From Alphaproteobacteria bacterium (lineage in GTDB: Bacteria > Pseudomonadota > Alphaproteobacteria > UBA828), in assembly GCA_965237415.1 (NCBI GenBank), contig CBDEFM010000002.1, forward strand, positions 3,328,001 through 3,392,000: a stretch of 64,000 nt of DNA, read 5' to 3'. Within the stretch, counting starts at the first letter, position 1. Each line of letters starts with the position of its first letter. Positions 41,382 through 51,777 of this stretch are shown here, in pieces. Below the pieces are notes generated by a model. It did not search any database. It saw nothing but the letters and a program-made list of their open reading frames with translations, and was not told the origin of the DNA. Both the position numbers and the translations under genes were made by a program.

Positions 41382-41735
41382 ACGACAAGTGGGGACGCGG
41401 TGGGTCGAATGTTAGATTCGCTCCGGTTGCGCTATGAAGACGGCTTAGTGAAGAAGGTTGACGGGAGGTTTTGGGAAAGGGGAAATTTATACATATATTA
41501 CAACGGACTATGAATGAAATAGCGACGGAAAACCCCGCTATATTGGCAAACGATCGGCGAGCACCGGGAATTGAAGCGGCGCGCGGGTCTGACGAGCGTT
41601 GACATCCGGATCGCGCCCCACCGCTAACGCTACAGCAGCGGGATAACTACGGCCAATCGCCCGAGTCTTGCAGGCCCGGCTTCTCCATGGGAAAGGCGCA
41701 GCACGGACTGTGAAACGAGGCCGGTGTGTATCGCG

Positions 41736-42020
41736 CTACGATTTGGCGTGCTCGACGATGATCCGGCCGCGCCCGCGCCGGAGCAGGTAGCCACCGCGCG
41801 GGATCGCCAGCGTGCCCTCCTGGACCAGGGGCCAGAGCGTGTCGACGATCGTCTGCGCGTTGGTGTCGGCCTCTGCCTTGGCTCCCGCCGATTGCCCGGA
41901 AAGCCACGCGGCGAACGCCTGCTCGCCGATCTCTTCGCCCACGGACTTGCGCAGTGCATTGAGCTTGCGGCGCTGTCCCTTCGTCAGGGTGGTCTCATCG
42001 ATCCGGGATGTGTCTGCCAT
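41736..42020 (-). CDS. Small hypothetical protein
   Basis: 94-aa ORF with GGAGAGG RBS; LTKGQRRKLNALRKSVG. Confidence 0.6.
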   Translation of the reverse strand: MADTSRIDETTLTKGQRRKLNALRKSVGEEIGEQAFAAWLSGQSAGAKAEADTNAQTIVDTLWPLVQEGTLAIPRGGYLLRRGRGRIIVEHAKS

Positions 42021-42226
42021 GGACTTGCCTCTCCAGTGCGTCTTGCGTGGCCGGGTCGTCGGCTCGGGGCCTTATAGCAGACAGTTTGCAGATTGAGAGC
42101 AGCGCCGCGCGCGAAGCGTGCTGCAGAGATGCAATCCGTGAGAATTGAAGCGCTTCGGCGGAGGGATCCGGCGCAGAGCCGTCGGTCCGGCGATCTTCTG
42201 GAGCTTCCTGGAATGGCAGGAGGGCG

Positions 42227-42382
42227 CCCGACGACGACTTCGCGATGGTCTACGAGACCGGCAAGGCGGCCACGCGGACCCTGGGCGCGGTGGCGAGGGC
42301 CCTCAAGGGCGCCGAAAGCCTGGTCCTGGCGACCGACCCCGACCGCGAGGGCGAGGCCATCGCCTGGCAGGTGCTGACCTAG
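42227..42382 (+). pseudogene. Type IA topoisomerase TOPRIM fragment
   Basis: PDDDFAMVYE...LVLATDPDREGEAIAWQVLT*, cut by IS1182-like end. Confidence 0.8.
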
Positions 42383-42885
42383 CAGTCTGTCGGACTTTGG
42401 ATTGGATTTGTCTTAGGATCGCGCGATGAGCAACTTCGTCGAGTGTGATTGGGAGCAGGCGTTTCTGCTTCCTCCCGATCTGCGGGACTGGCTCCCGGCG
42501 GATGATTTGGGGCACTTCGTGATCGAGGCGGTGGAGCGTGTCGATCTGGGCGCCTTCAAGGTGAACCATCGCGGCACGGGCTCGGCGCAGTATCACCCCC
42601 GGATGATGCTGGCGCTGATGATCTACTGCTACGCCAACGGGATCTTCTCCAGCCGTCGGATCGAGCGGGCGACGCACCGCGATATCGGGGTTCGCTTCGT
42701 CGCGGCGAACCGTCACCCCGACCACGACACGATCGCGCGCTTCCGGCGGGAGAACTTCGCTGCGGTGTCGGAGAGCTTCTTGCAGGTTCTGCTTCTGGCC
42801 AAGGAGTTGAAGCTGTTGCGCGTGGGCCTGGTGAGCGTCGACGGCTCCAAGTTCAAGGCCAACGCCAGCAAGCATCGCTCGGTGA
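42382..42885 (+). mobile_element. IS1182 family element, left end and truncated transposase (ATG 42426)
   Basis: [38 protein letters not shown] and [11 protein letters not shown] motifs. Confidence 0.85.
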
Positions 42886-43078
42886 CCCGATGGCGGTGGT
42901 GGACGCCCGGCTCGCCGTCCACGGCATCGAAGGGCTCCGGGTCGCCGACGCGTCCGTCATGCCCGTCATTGTCAGCGGCAACACCAACGCGCCGGCCATC
43001 ATGATCGGCGAGAAGGCGGCCGAGTTCATTCGAGGGGGGCCCACGCCCCAGGCGAAAGGGGAGAGGAGCGAGCAATGA
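42883..43078 (+). pseudogene. GMC oxidoreductase C-terminal fragment
   Basis: [43 protein letters not shown]. Confidence 0.85.
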
Positions 43079-43392
43079 TCGCGCACCTACACGTTCCGTC
43101 CCGGCACGGTGGACGACTGGCTGGAGCGTTACGAGACGGACGCCTGCCAGTCCAGAAGCGCCATCTCGGCCGCTTCGTCAGCCTCTACGTGTCGGAGATC
43201 GGCCGGCTACACCGGATCGTCCTGATCTGGGCCTACGAGAGCCTGGCCGATCGCGAGCGGCGGCGGGCGGCGATGACGGCGGATCCCGCGTGGCAGGCCT
43301 TCATCCAGTCGGTGTGGGCGCTCGACGCGATCCAGGAGCAGGACGTGATGGTGATGAACCCTGCGCCCTGCTCGCCGCCGCTCGGCGCCTGA
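43075..43392 (+). CDS. NIPSNAP family protein with frame-scrambled N-terminus
   Basis: [28 protein letters not shown]...DPAW; RTYTFRPG lies in another frame. Confidence 0.7.
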   Translation: MIAHLHVPSRHGGRLAGALRDGRLPVQKRHLGRFVSLYVSEIGRLHRIVLIWAYESLADRERRRAAMTADPAWQAFIQSVWALDAIQEQDVMVMNPAPCSPPLGA

Positions 43393-43534
43393 ACGGCCCA
43401 TTGGGATGGGCTTGCCGTCCAACGAATACCGGGCGCAATGGGCGCCCGTGAGAGAGGAGGAGTGAGGACATGTCGAACAAGACGACAGCGAACGAGAAGG
43501 AGGCACCGCTCGCGCGCCTCAGCCGCCGCGGGTT

Positions 43535-44480
43535 CTCCAGCACGATCTCGCGAACACGCACCTCGCCCCGCTCACGGGTACCGAGGATGTACTCCAGGCC
43601 CCGCTCCTCAAGCGCCGCAATCGTCGCCGCCGAGATCATGCCCCGGTCCGCCACCACGCACACACGGCCGATGCCGAAGCGCCGGCGCAGCCGATCCACG
43701 ACCGGCACCAGCACCGTGCTGTCGGACGTGTTGCCCGCCAGCATCTCCGTGCACACCGGCCGCCCCGCGCCGTCGATGACCACCGCCAGGATCATCTGCT
43801 TCAGGTCCGGCCGCTGGTCCTTCGAGTGGCCGTGCGCCCCCAGCGTCTCGCCGCTCGCCCCTTCGAAGCTCAGCGAGGTCGTGTCCATGAACACAAGGCC
43901 AAGCTCGCTGAACAGGTCGCGCCGGCGCGCGAACAGCGCCTCCTCGATCAAATCCTTCTCGCAGCGCGGCGCAAGATCGCCGTCTGCGGCCGGCTCGATC
44001 TCCTCCCCCAGCCAAGCCATCGCCCGGTGGAAGTGGTGAAGCGCCAGACCCTCGGCACCCGGGATGGCGTAGTCCGTCATCCAGTGCGCACACGAGCGGT
44101 CTGAGCCCGAGACCATGAGGCGGTGAAGCACCGCCGCGAACACCACCCGTTCCGCATCGAACCCGAAGCCCCGCCCGGCCAGACGCTCCGACACCACCGC
44201 TCGGCACCCGCTTTCCTCCCACAGCCGTCCGAACAGAAGCGGCGCGCCGATCCGGCGCACTTCGAAGCGCGCATCCCCCTCCTCGATGAGGCGCAGCACC
44301 AGGGAGCGCTCGGCAAAGCGGTCGATCGAGGCGACTAGCCTGTCCAGCGCGACCGAGGCGAGGACGGCTTTCTTGCGACCCAGGTTGCGGATGATGCGCT
44401 GCTTGGTGCGTCAGTTCTCGCGCACACTCTCGACCAGATAGAGGTAGGTGCAGCCGTTGACACGAAAGTACAAACGCTGC
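43535..44480 (-). mobile_element. IS1634 family transposase pseudogene
   Basis: YLYLVESVREN*RTKQRIIRNLGR (in-frame TGA at 44411), FMDTTSLSFEG, GHSKDQRPDL, VADRGM; 3' truncated. Confidence 0.85.
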
Positions 44481-44877
44481 TGTGGGGCGAACTCACGCTG
44501 TGTGGGTCGTGTGCAGAGATGCGAATGACCGGCAGCACCCGCAGTTGGAATCAACGAGCAGCTCGGCGCCGACAGCGCTGCGCAGGCGTTCGAATCCGAA
44601 TGCTTCCGGAGCGCTTGCGCCGCGACTTCAGGCGTTCTGGTCAGCGTGGCTTGTGACCGGATGAAACTCGTGCGGTAGCAAAGGGTTGGATGGCTCACGC
44701 GGGGCCGCGAGGATGGTCACGCGACGAACAGCGCGAAGTTAGCTGTAATTGAGACGGTAAGCGCCTGTGAGCGCCGCTCCGATAGTCGTGTGACGGCCGG
44801 GGGTATGATCAAGCGGCCTCTCGTTCCGCCTGCCGGTTGGTGATGGCGATGCGGGTAGGGTGCCGAGGACGCCGATT

Positions 44878-46725
44878 TCAGCCTGCGTCGGACAGCGCAC
44901 CGTCGATGGCGGTGAGGAACGGCTCGGCGAACTGCTCCAGCTTGGCGGCGCCGACGCCGTTGACCTCGGCGAACTCCTCTCTCGTGCGCGGCCGCCGGCG
45001 CACCATGTCGATCAGGGTGCGATCATGAAACACCACATAGGCCGGCACGCCGCGCTCCTTGGCCAGCTCCAGCCGCAGCGCCTTGAGCACGGCGAGCAGG
45101 GTCGACTGATCGCTGGTCAAGGTCTCTTCCGGCTCCGTCCCCCGCCTCTCGCGCGGCGCGGCCGGGGAGTCTGGAACCACGGTGTCGGCGCGGTAGTGGA
45201 AGGTGCCGTCGCCGCGTAGAAGGTCGAGACCCTCTTCGGTAATGGCGAGCCCGCCATAGCCCGCGATGTCGAGCCGCAGAAACCCCGTCGCAACCATCTG
45301 GCGGATCAGCGAGCGCCAGTCATTCTTGCCGCGCGCCTTGCCCGCCCCGAAGACCGGAAGCCGGTGATGACCGAAGCGCACGATCTTCTCGGTCTCGCTT
45401 CCCCGCAGGATGTCGATCACGTGTGCCGCGCCGAAGCGCTGACCTGAGCGCTGGACCGCCGAGAGGACCATCCGGGCCTCCTCGGTCCCGTCCAAGCGCT
45501 CGGCCGGATGGAGGCAGTCGTCGCAGTTTCCGCAGGCGCCGATGCATTCACCGAAATAGTCCAGCAGCGCCACCCGCCGGCATGCCGGCGCCTCGCAGTA
45601 GCCCAGCAGCGCGTCAAGGCGCTTGTGCTCGCGGCGCTTGCGCTCGGGGCCCGCATCCTCCTCCTCGATGAACTGGCGACGCATCCTGATGTCGTCGAGG
45701 CCATAGAGCATGTGAGCCTCGGCCGGTGCGCCGTCGCGCCCGGCACGGCCGATCTCCTGGTAGTAGGCCTCGACGCTGCCAGGCAGGTCGGAGTGGAAGA
45801 CGTAGCGCACATCCGCCTTATCGATCCCCATGCCGAAGGCGATGGTGGCGACGATGACCACGCCCGGATCGGTCATGAAGATGTTCTGGTGCGCCTCCCG
45901 CTCCTCCTTCTCCATCCCTGCGTGATAGGGGAGCGCCCGAACGCCCTCCGCCGCCAGCATGGCGGCGGTCTCCTCGGTCTTCTTGCGGGAGAGGCAGTAG
46001 ACGATGCCGCTCTCGCCTTCGTGGCGGGCGACGAAGCTCCGCAACTGCCGCTTCCACTCGCGCTTCATCTCCACCGTGAGCTTGATGTTGGGACGGTCGA
46101 AGCCGAGCACGAACTGCTCTGCCCGGCCGCCGAACAGCTTGTCCACGATGTCGACCCGGGTCACCTCGTCGGCCGTGGCCGTCAGCGCCGCGATCGGGAC
46201 GCCGGGGAAGAGCTCGCGCAAGCGGCACAGGTCCTCGTATTCCGGGCGGAAGGCCGGGCCCCATTGCGAGATGCAGTGGGCCTCGTCGATGGCGAAGAGC
46301 GTGACCGGCAGGCGGGCGAGGGCCGCCAGCATGCGCTCGGTCATCAGCCGTTCCGGAGCCATGTAGAGGAGCCGCGTCTCGCCCGCCGCCGCGCGGCGCC
46401 AGGCGGTGACGTTGCGGCTGCGGTCGTTCGCGGAGTGGATGCAGTCCGCCGCGACACCCGCGAGCCTGAGCGCGGCCACCTGGTCCTGCATTAGGGCGAT
46501 TAGCGGAGACACCACCACCGTGAGCCCGTCCATGACAAGCGCCGGGATCTGGAAGCAGAGCGACTTGCCCGATCCTGTCGGCATCACTGTGAGCGCGTGA
46601 CGCCCGGCAAGAAGCGCCTCGATCGCCGCCTCTTGGCCGGGCCGAAAATCCTCGAAGCCGAAGACCTCCCGCAGCACCCTGCGAGCCTCGAGAATGGGTT
46701 CTCCCGTCGTCTCCATCAGCCGCAT
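44878..46725 (-). CDS. recQ: ATP-dependent DNA helicase RecQ
   Basis: MPTGSGKS, DEAHCISQWG, QEIGRAGRDG, RQC Cys cluster and HRDC domain. Confidence 0.95.
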   Translation of the reverse strand: MRLMETTGEPILEARRVLREVFGFEDFRPGQEAAIEALLAGRHALTVMPTGSGKSLCFQIPALVMDGLTVVVSPLIALMQDQVAALRLAGVAADCIHSANDRSRNVTAWRRAAAGETRLLYMAPERLMTERMLAALARLPVTLFAIDEAHCISQWGPAFRPEYEDLCRLRELFPGVPIAALTATADEVTRVDIVDKLFGGRAEQFVLGFDRPNIKLTVEMKREWKRQLRSFVARHEGESGIVYCLSRKKTEETAAMLAAEGVRALPYHAGMEKEEREAHQNIFMTDPGVVIVATIAFGMGIDKADVRYVFHSDLPGSVEAYYQEIGRAGRDGAPAEAHMLYGLDDIRMRRQFIEEEDAGPERKRREHKRLDALLGYCEAPACRRVALLDYFGECIGACGNCDDCLHPAERLDGTEEARMVLSAVQRSGQRFGAAHVIDILRGSETEKIVRFGHHRLPVFGAGKARGKNDWRSLIRQMVATGFLRLDIAGYGGLAITEEGLDLLRGDGTFHYRADTVVPDSPAAPRERRGTEPEETLTSDQSTLLAVLKALRLELAKERGVPAYVVFHDRTLIDMVRRRPRTREEFAEVNGVGAAKLEQFAEPFLTAIDGALSDAG

Positions 46726-46815
46726 CGTGCCGCCCGCATGCCGATCACCGACGAGCGAGGTGGCAGCGTTGCCTCTCCATCACTGATTCTTGCAGTACGG
46801 TTCGCTCTCTTGCGT

Positions 46816-47574
46816 TCACCTACGATGATCCTCGGCGGAATCCTGCGGCGAGAAGCCCAGCACCTCTCTGGCGTGGGAGAGATCGCGATAGCCCCACTTG
46901 TTGTCGGACTGGATAAAGAAGATGTCGTAGCGGATCGATTCGTTCAGGTCGACGGCGCGTTCGATGGCGTTGACGACATCACGCTGGCTGCACCACACGG
47001 AGAACGTCCGCGCATCGACCGGCCGGTCTTCGGCGTTGACGAAGCCGATGCGCAACGCGATCACGGAGAGATCGAAGCTGTCTGCGTAGTAACGCGCGAG
47101 GGCCTCGCCCCAAATCTTGGAACTGGCGTAAGGGCCGTTGGGGCGTGTGGCCATGTCATGGCGTATCCGCACCCAGTCGGCGGGCACGTCGTCGTAACGG
47201 CCCTCGACGAGCGCGCGGTACGGCTCCTCACGCTCCCAGCCGGCGACGGCCGCACCGGAGCTGGCGAACACCACGCGCTTGCAACCGCCGAGCCTGGCCG
47301 CTTCGAGCACGTTGCGGGTGCCAATGACGTTGGTGTCGCGAAGTTCTTCCCACGTATGGCCGTCGCCGGCCTTCGCTGCGAGGTGGATGACGGTGTCCCG
47401 GCCTTCGAAGGCAGGTCGGATCGCGTCGAGATCGGAGAGATCCGCGCGCACCGTGGTGACGTCGGGCACGTCGCTCCGATTGAGGGCGGCGAGCCGCGCA
47501 CGGGGTTCGAGACGCTTGCGCACGGCCGAGCCGATAAGGCCGCTCATGCCGGTAATCAGGATGTCCTGGCTCAC
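46816..47574 (-). CDS. NAD-dependent epimerase/dehydrogenase (uronate dehydrogenase-like)
   Basis: TGMSGLIG, HLAA, FASS, YASSK and LRIG motifs. Confidence 0.85.
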   Translation of the reverse strand: MSQDILITGMSGLIGSAVRKRLEPRARLAALNRSDVPDVTTVRADLSDLDAIRPAFEGRDTVIHLAAKAGDGHTWEELRDTNVIGTRNVLEAARLGGCKRVVFASSGAAVAGWEREEPYRALVEGRYDDVPADWVRIRHDMATRPNGPYASSKIWGEALARYYADSFDLSVIALRIGFVNAEDRPVDARTFSVWCSQRDVVNAIERAVDLNESIRYDIFFIQSDNKWGYRDLSHAREVLGFSPQDSAEDHRR

Positions 47575-48046
47575 GGTCCGTTATCCCTCTCCGAAGCCCG
47601 CTTTGCTATCGCCTCTGCGGCACTCGTTTGTGGTGCCGGACGGGCGCGCACCCTGCCGGGCCGTCGACGGCATCGCAATAGCGGATCCGCATGCAATTTG
47701 ATGGTGGACGGTGGTACGGAGACGTCCGGCTTGGCTGCCATGGTCGAAGAATATGAATGAGTGGAAGGGGTAGTTTTAGTGTCTGTCTTATCTGCCACGA
47801 CATCAGGAACCGCGGCACGGTGGCGTACAAGCCTCGACAACCGTCATCCTGTCGACTGTCGGCAGCGTCATCGCCGGGACATGCCGTGAACACGCTTGAG
47901 ATTTCTTGCCTTGCTGCCGATATGGTCCCTGAACGCAGTTAGGTCCATTCAATCTACCCAGGGAAGCTTATCTACCTCACTGAAACTGCGTCAGTTTCGA
48001 CAGCAGCGAGATTTGATCCCGACTCTTGTCGTTCAACTATTCCATT

Positions 48047-49076
48047 GGCTCAATTCGCAAACCGTAGGCACCGGCGGTAGAATGGTTCCCGATTCGCGTG
48101 GGAGGTCAGGCAGATGGATCACGAGCGGTTTCGGGACTGGTTCTCGCATGTTGATGAGTTGACGGCGGCGCAGCGCAAGGAGGTTGCGACGGTGCTGTCG
48201 GACCCGCCGGAGGGCGCGGCCTCGCTGGCGGCGATCGAGCTGGGCGTGGATGACGAGCGGCGCTGTCCGCATTGCGCCAGCGCCGGGGCGGTGTCGCGCG
48301 GCAAGGCACGCGGTCTTCGCCGCTATCGGTGCAAGGCCTGCGGGAAGACATTCGGCGCGCTCACGGGCACGGCGCTGTCGGGCCTGCACCACAAGGAACG
48401 CTGGCTGGCCTTCGGCGCCTCGCTTGGCGCAGGCGAGACGATCCGAGAGGCAGCCGAGCGCTGCGGGATTGCGCCGAGCACGGCGTTTCGCTGGCGCCAC
48501 CGCTTCCTGGAGGCGGTGCGCCAAGCGCCGGACCGGCTTGCCGGGATCGTCGAGGCGGACGAGACCTTCGTTCTCGAGAGCCGGAAGGGGGAGCGGAAGC
48601 TGGATCGCAAGCCGCGCCGGCGCGGCGGCAAGGCCCGCAAACGCGGCCTCTCGCGCGAGCAGGTGCCGATCCTGGTCGCCGCCGATCGCGCCGGCGCGAC
48701 CCTCAGCCAAACCCTGCCCGCTCTCAACGCAAAGAGCGTGAAGGAGGCGCTGGAGCCGGTCGTCGCCCGCGATGCCTTGCTCGTCTCCGACGCCAACCGC
48801 TGCTATCCGCCCGTCGCAGCGGCGCTCGACATCCCGCACGAGAGCATCAACGGCGCCGCCGGCGAGCGGGTCCGCGGCGCCCTGCACATCCAGACGGTCA
48901 ACAGCCGCCACAGCCAGATCAAGGGCTTCCTGCGAGGCTTCCGCGGCATCGCCACCAAGTACCTCGACAGCTATCTCAGGTGGTTCCATCTCATCGAACT
49001 CGGCGACCAGCCATCGCCAAGAGCGTGTCTCAAGGCGGCAATGGCCAGACCATGCCTACGCTTCGCTAATTGAGCC
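48047..49076 (+). mobile_element. IS1595 family element, apparently complete
   Basis: IRs GGCTCAATTCGCAAA / TTCGCTAATTGAGCC; flanks ATTCCATT and TTTCCATT (8-bp TSD, one mismatch). Confidence 0.9.
48114..49073 (+). CDS. IS1595 family transposase
   Basis: CPHC...CKAC zinc ribbon, VEADET, HIQTVN and GIATKYL motifs. Confidence 0.92.
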   Translation: MDHERFRDWFSHVDELTAAQRKEVATVLSDPPEGAASLAAIELGVDDERRCPHCASAGAVSRGKARGLRRYRCKACGKTFGALTGTALSGLHHKERWLAFGASLGAGETIREAAERCGIAPSTAFRWRHRFLEAVRQAPDRLAGIVEADETFVLESRKGERKLDRKPRRRGGKARKRGLSREQVPILVAADRAGATLSQTLPALNAKSVKEALEPVVARDALLVSDANRCYPPVAAALDIPHESINGAAGERVRGALHIQTVNSRHSQIKGFLRGFRGIATKYLDSYLRWFHLIELGDQPSPRACLKAAMARPCLRFAN

Positions 49077-49125
49077 TTTCCATTTGAGGGTCTCGCGTGA
49101 AGCCCGCAGACATATGGGCGGCCGT

Positions 49126-49809
49126 TCACAGGTCCTCGATTGACTCAGCCCGTCCGGTTTCGACTGTGGCGTCTGAACGTGCATCAGGCTCGAAAAAGGC
49201 GTCGTGCCATATCCGAGTCACGATCCTTGCGGCGTCGTCGACGGAGACCGGGTGCTCGTTTAATTGTTCCTCCTGCGCAAACCAAACATAAGCGCATTGC
49301 TCGACCATCGCAGCCATGGCTTCCGCAACGAGGCGGGCCGGAACGCCGTCTACCTCTTCTATCCCGTACTTCGCCTTGAGAGCGCCCACGAACCGATCGA
49401 CATGGCGGTTCCGCATCGCCCACCAGACGCTGCGGAACCGCTTGTCAACCGTGGAGGCCTCGATAAGGGCGCGCATCACGTCGCGATTTTCGCTGTAGAG
49501 CGCGAGATAGCCGCGGTTTGCTTCGAGCAAGGCCCCCATGGGGTCGGTTGCCAGTTGCTTGTTCGGCGCTCGACTCGCTTCGAACAATGCCTCGTGAATG
49601 CCGTCGATCAAGGCCCTGAACAAATCCTCCTTATTGCGGAAATACCGATAGAGAGCGCCGAGCGATACTCCCGCCTCTTCGGCAACGTCGATCATCTTGA
49701 GGGAGACATAGCCGTTGCGAGCCAGCACTCTTCGGGCACTCGCCAGGAGACGGCTGCGCGTACGCCGGCCTTTGGGAGTGGTCGGGAATTGGGTCATCTG
49801 CGCCGCCAT
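49126..49809 (-). CDS. TetR family transcriptional regulator
   Basis: VAEEAGVSLGALYRYFRNKEDL HTH; start uncertain. Confidence 0.9.
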   Translation of the reverse strand: MAAQMTQFPTTPKGRRTRSRLLASARRVLARNGYVSLKMIDVAEEAGVSLGALYRYFRNKEDLFRALIDGIHEALFEASRAPNKQLATDPMGALLEANRGYLALYSENRDVMRALIEASTVDKRFRSVWWAMRNRHVDRFVGALKAKYGIEEVDGVPARLVAEAMAAMVEQCAYVWFAQEEQLNEHPVSVDDAARIVTRIWHDAFFEPDARSDATVETGRAESIEDL

Positions 49810-49959
49810 TCCAGCGACCTCCACCCGCTTTGCGCACCGCACTTCCTCGGGCGTCGCCGGCTCACGCTCTTCACCGGCCATCCTCCGGGTGGTGTCGTGG
49901 TTGCTCCCGGGCGGCCCCGCGGAAGCCCCGTTCCCGGTCATGCCAAGATGGTATCAAGA

Positions 49960-50040
49960 GAAAACAAGACGGTCATTAAAAATACAATCAATAAAAAAAC
50001 CGACATCACCATATTGATTTTGGATCAATGCGCTTCTACG
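49960..50040. promoter_or_regulatory. AT-rich divergent promoter region with inverted repeats
   Basis: AATCAATA (49986-93) / TATTGATT (50012-19), and ATTGAT-N5-ATCAAT (50013-29). Confidence 0.45.
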
Positions 50041-50103
50041 TTAGGCGTGAGCGGGGATGCCTGTGGAAGTGTGGTGAATCCGGGCCGGCGACGGGAGCGG
50101 CAG

Positions 50104-51777
50104 ATGAGCGGGTTTCGTCTCGGAGATCCCGATAGTTCGCAGGCCACGCGAGCAGCGTTTCCGGATACCGCCGCTGCCAACCGCGCCGAACGTCAACGCC
50201 GGTACCGCGCGAAGGGGTGGTGGCCAGGCGAGCGCTTATGCGACCGCTACACCGTCCTCGCCCAGCGCTTTGAAAACCGCCTCGCCGTCGCCGATTCAAG
50301 CGGTCGGCGGCTTAGCCACGGCATGTTGTGGCGGGAGGGCGCACGCCTCGCCGAAAAGCTGGAAGCGGGCGGAATCGGTCGCGGCGACATCGTGATCCTT
50401 CTTCTGCCGAACATCGTCGACGGGCAGGTGGCGTTCGTCGCATTGCTGCGTCTCGGTGCCATACCCGCGAGTTTGCCGACCCGCACCGATCCCGAAACGG
50501 TCGCCTACGCTGCTCGACTGACAGGCGCGCGGGCACTGGTTTCATTGGAACGCCACGGCACCGCGCGGCTGGGAGATATCGCCCGGGAAGCCGCCTCGAC
50601 CTGCGGGCATGGGCTGGGCGTCTTCCTGTTCGACGATTCCGTCGGGACGTGGTGGACGACGCCAGCAAATCGAAGAGCGCCCTTGCTGGCGAGCGCCGCC
50701 GACCTCGCGCACATTATGTTCACGTCGAGCACGACCGGCCGGCCCAAGGCTGTCATGCACACCGAAGACACCCTCGCCGCACTGAATATTGGGTTCACGG
50801 AGCGTTTCTCGCTTGGCCCGGATGCGCCGATCTTTCTCGCCTCTCCCCTCGGACACAGCATTGGTGCCATCCACGGCATCCGATTGGCGCTCCATACCGG
50901 CGCGTCGCTCATTCTTCAGGATGTCTGGAATCCCGAGCGCGCGCTCGAAGCGATCGAGGAGTTCGGCTGTGCGTTCACCGCCGCGGCGACGCCGTTTCTG
51001 AAGGATCTGGTCGACGCTAGCTGGCCGCGCTCGACGCCGAAGCTGGCACCGCTCCGCTCGTTTCTATGCGGCGGCGCGCAGGTGCCGCCGTCACTGATGG
51101 AGGCCGCGCAGGCCCAGTTTTCGAACACGTTTGTGACGGTCCTTTGGGGCATGACCGAGGGCGGGCTCGTCACCTGCGACCGCGAGAGCCCCTGCGAGAA
51201 ACTGATGAGTACCGCAGGCATCGGACTGCCAGGGCTTGAACTGCGTTGCCTCGACGCCGAGGGCGGTACGTTGCCTGTGGGTGAGGAGGGAGAGCTGGCC
51301 ATGCGGGGGCCGGGCGTCTTCATCGGCTATTTCGGCCAGCAAGACCTCTACGAATCCCTGATCACAGACGACGGGTTCTTTCGCACCGGCGATCTCGCGC
51401 GGATCGACGCGGAAGGATATGTGCGCATCACCGGCAGACTGAAGGACCTGATCATTCGCGGCGGCGTCAACATCTCACCGGCGCCGATCGAGAATGCGCT
51501 TGCCGACCATCCAGGCGTCAACGCCGTGGCCGTCATCGGCCATCCCGACGAGCGCTTGGGCGAACGCATCTGTGCGGTGGTGGTGCCTGACGGCGAGGCC
51601 CCGAGCCTCGACGACCTTATCGCCCACGCGCAAGCGAGGCGCCTGCCGAAGCATCACTGCCCCGAGGTCCTGCGCATCGTCGAAACGATGCCAATGACGC
51701 CGGCAGGGAAGATCCGCAAGGCCGACCTCCGCGCCATCGTGAGCGGCGATGGCGCCGGATCCGGTGAAGGGGCATGA
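50104..51777 (+). CDS. Acyl-CoA ligase (cyclohexanecarboxylate-CoA ligase-like)
   Basis: YRAKGWW, FTSSTTGRPK, WGMTE, TGDL and PMTPAGKIRK motifs. Confidence 0.85.
   Translation: MSGFRLGDPDSSQATRAAFPDTAAANRAERQRRYRAKGWWPGERLCDRYTVLAQRFENRLAVADSSGRRLSHGMLWREGARLAEKLEAGGIGRGDIVILLLPNIVDGQVAFVALLRLGAIPASLPTRTDPETVAYAARLTGARALVSLERHGTARLGDIAREAASTCGHGLGVFLFDDSVGTWWTTPANRRAPLLASAADLAHIMFTSSTTGRPKAVMHTEDTLAALNIGFTERFSLGPDAPIFLASPLGHSIGAIHGIRLALHTGASLILQDVWNPERALEAIEEFGCAFTAAATPFLKDLVDASWPRSTPKLAPLRSFLCGGAQVPPSLMEAAQAQFSNTFVTVLWGMTEGGLVTCDRESPCEKLMSTAGIGLPGLELRCLDAEGGTLPVGEEGELAMRGPGVFIGYFGQQDLYESLITDDGFFRTGDLARIDAEGYVRITGRLKDLIIRGGVNISPAPIENALADHPGVNAVAVIGHPDERLGERICAVVVPDGEAPSLDDLIAHAQARRLPKHHCPEVLRIVETMPMTPAGKIRKADLRAIVSGDGAGSGEGA

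Noticed and set aside
44411-44413. Recoded TGA (selenocysteine or readthrough) in the IS1634 transposase
   Set aside because: The gene is also 3' truncated and lacks a clear start; a nonsense mutation is simpler
50013-50029. FNR/FixK box
   Set aside because: Half-sites TTGAT and ATCAA are separated by 5 nt, not the required 4; kept only as a possible operator
49264-50103. N-terminal extension making the CoA ligase 837 aa
   Set aside because: The extension is antisense to tetR and crosses the promoter region; the ligase-like sequence begins near ATG 50104
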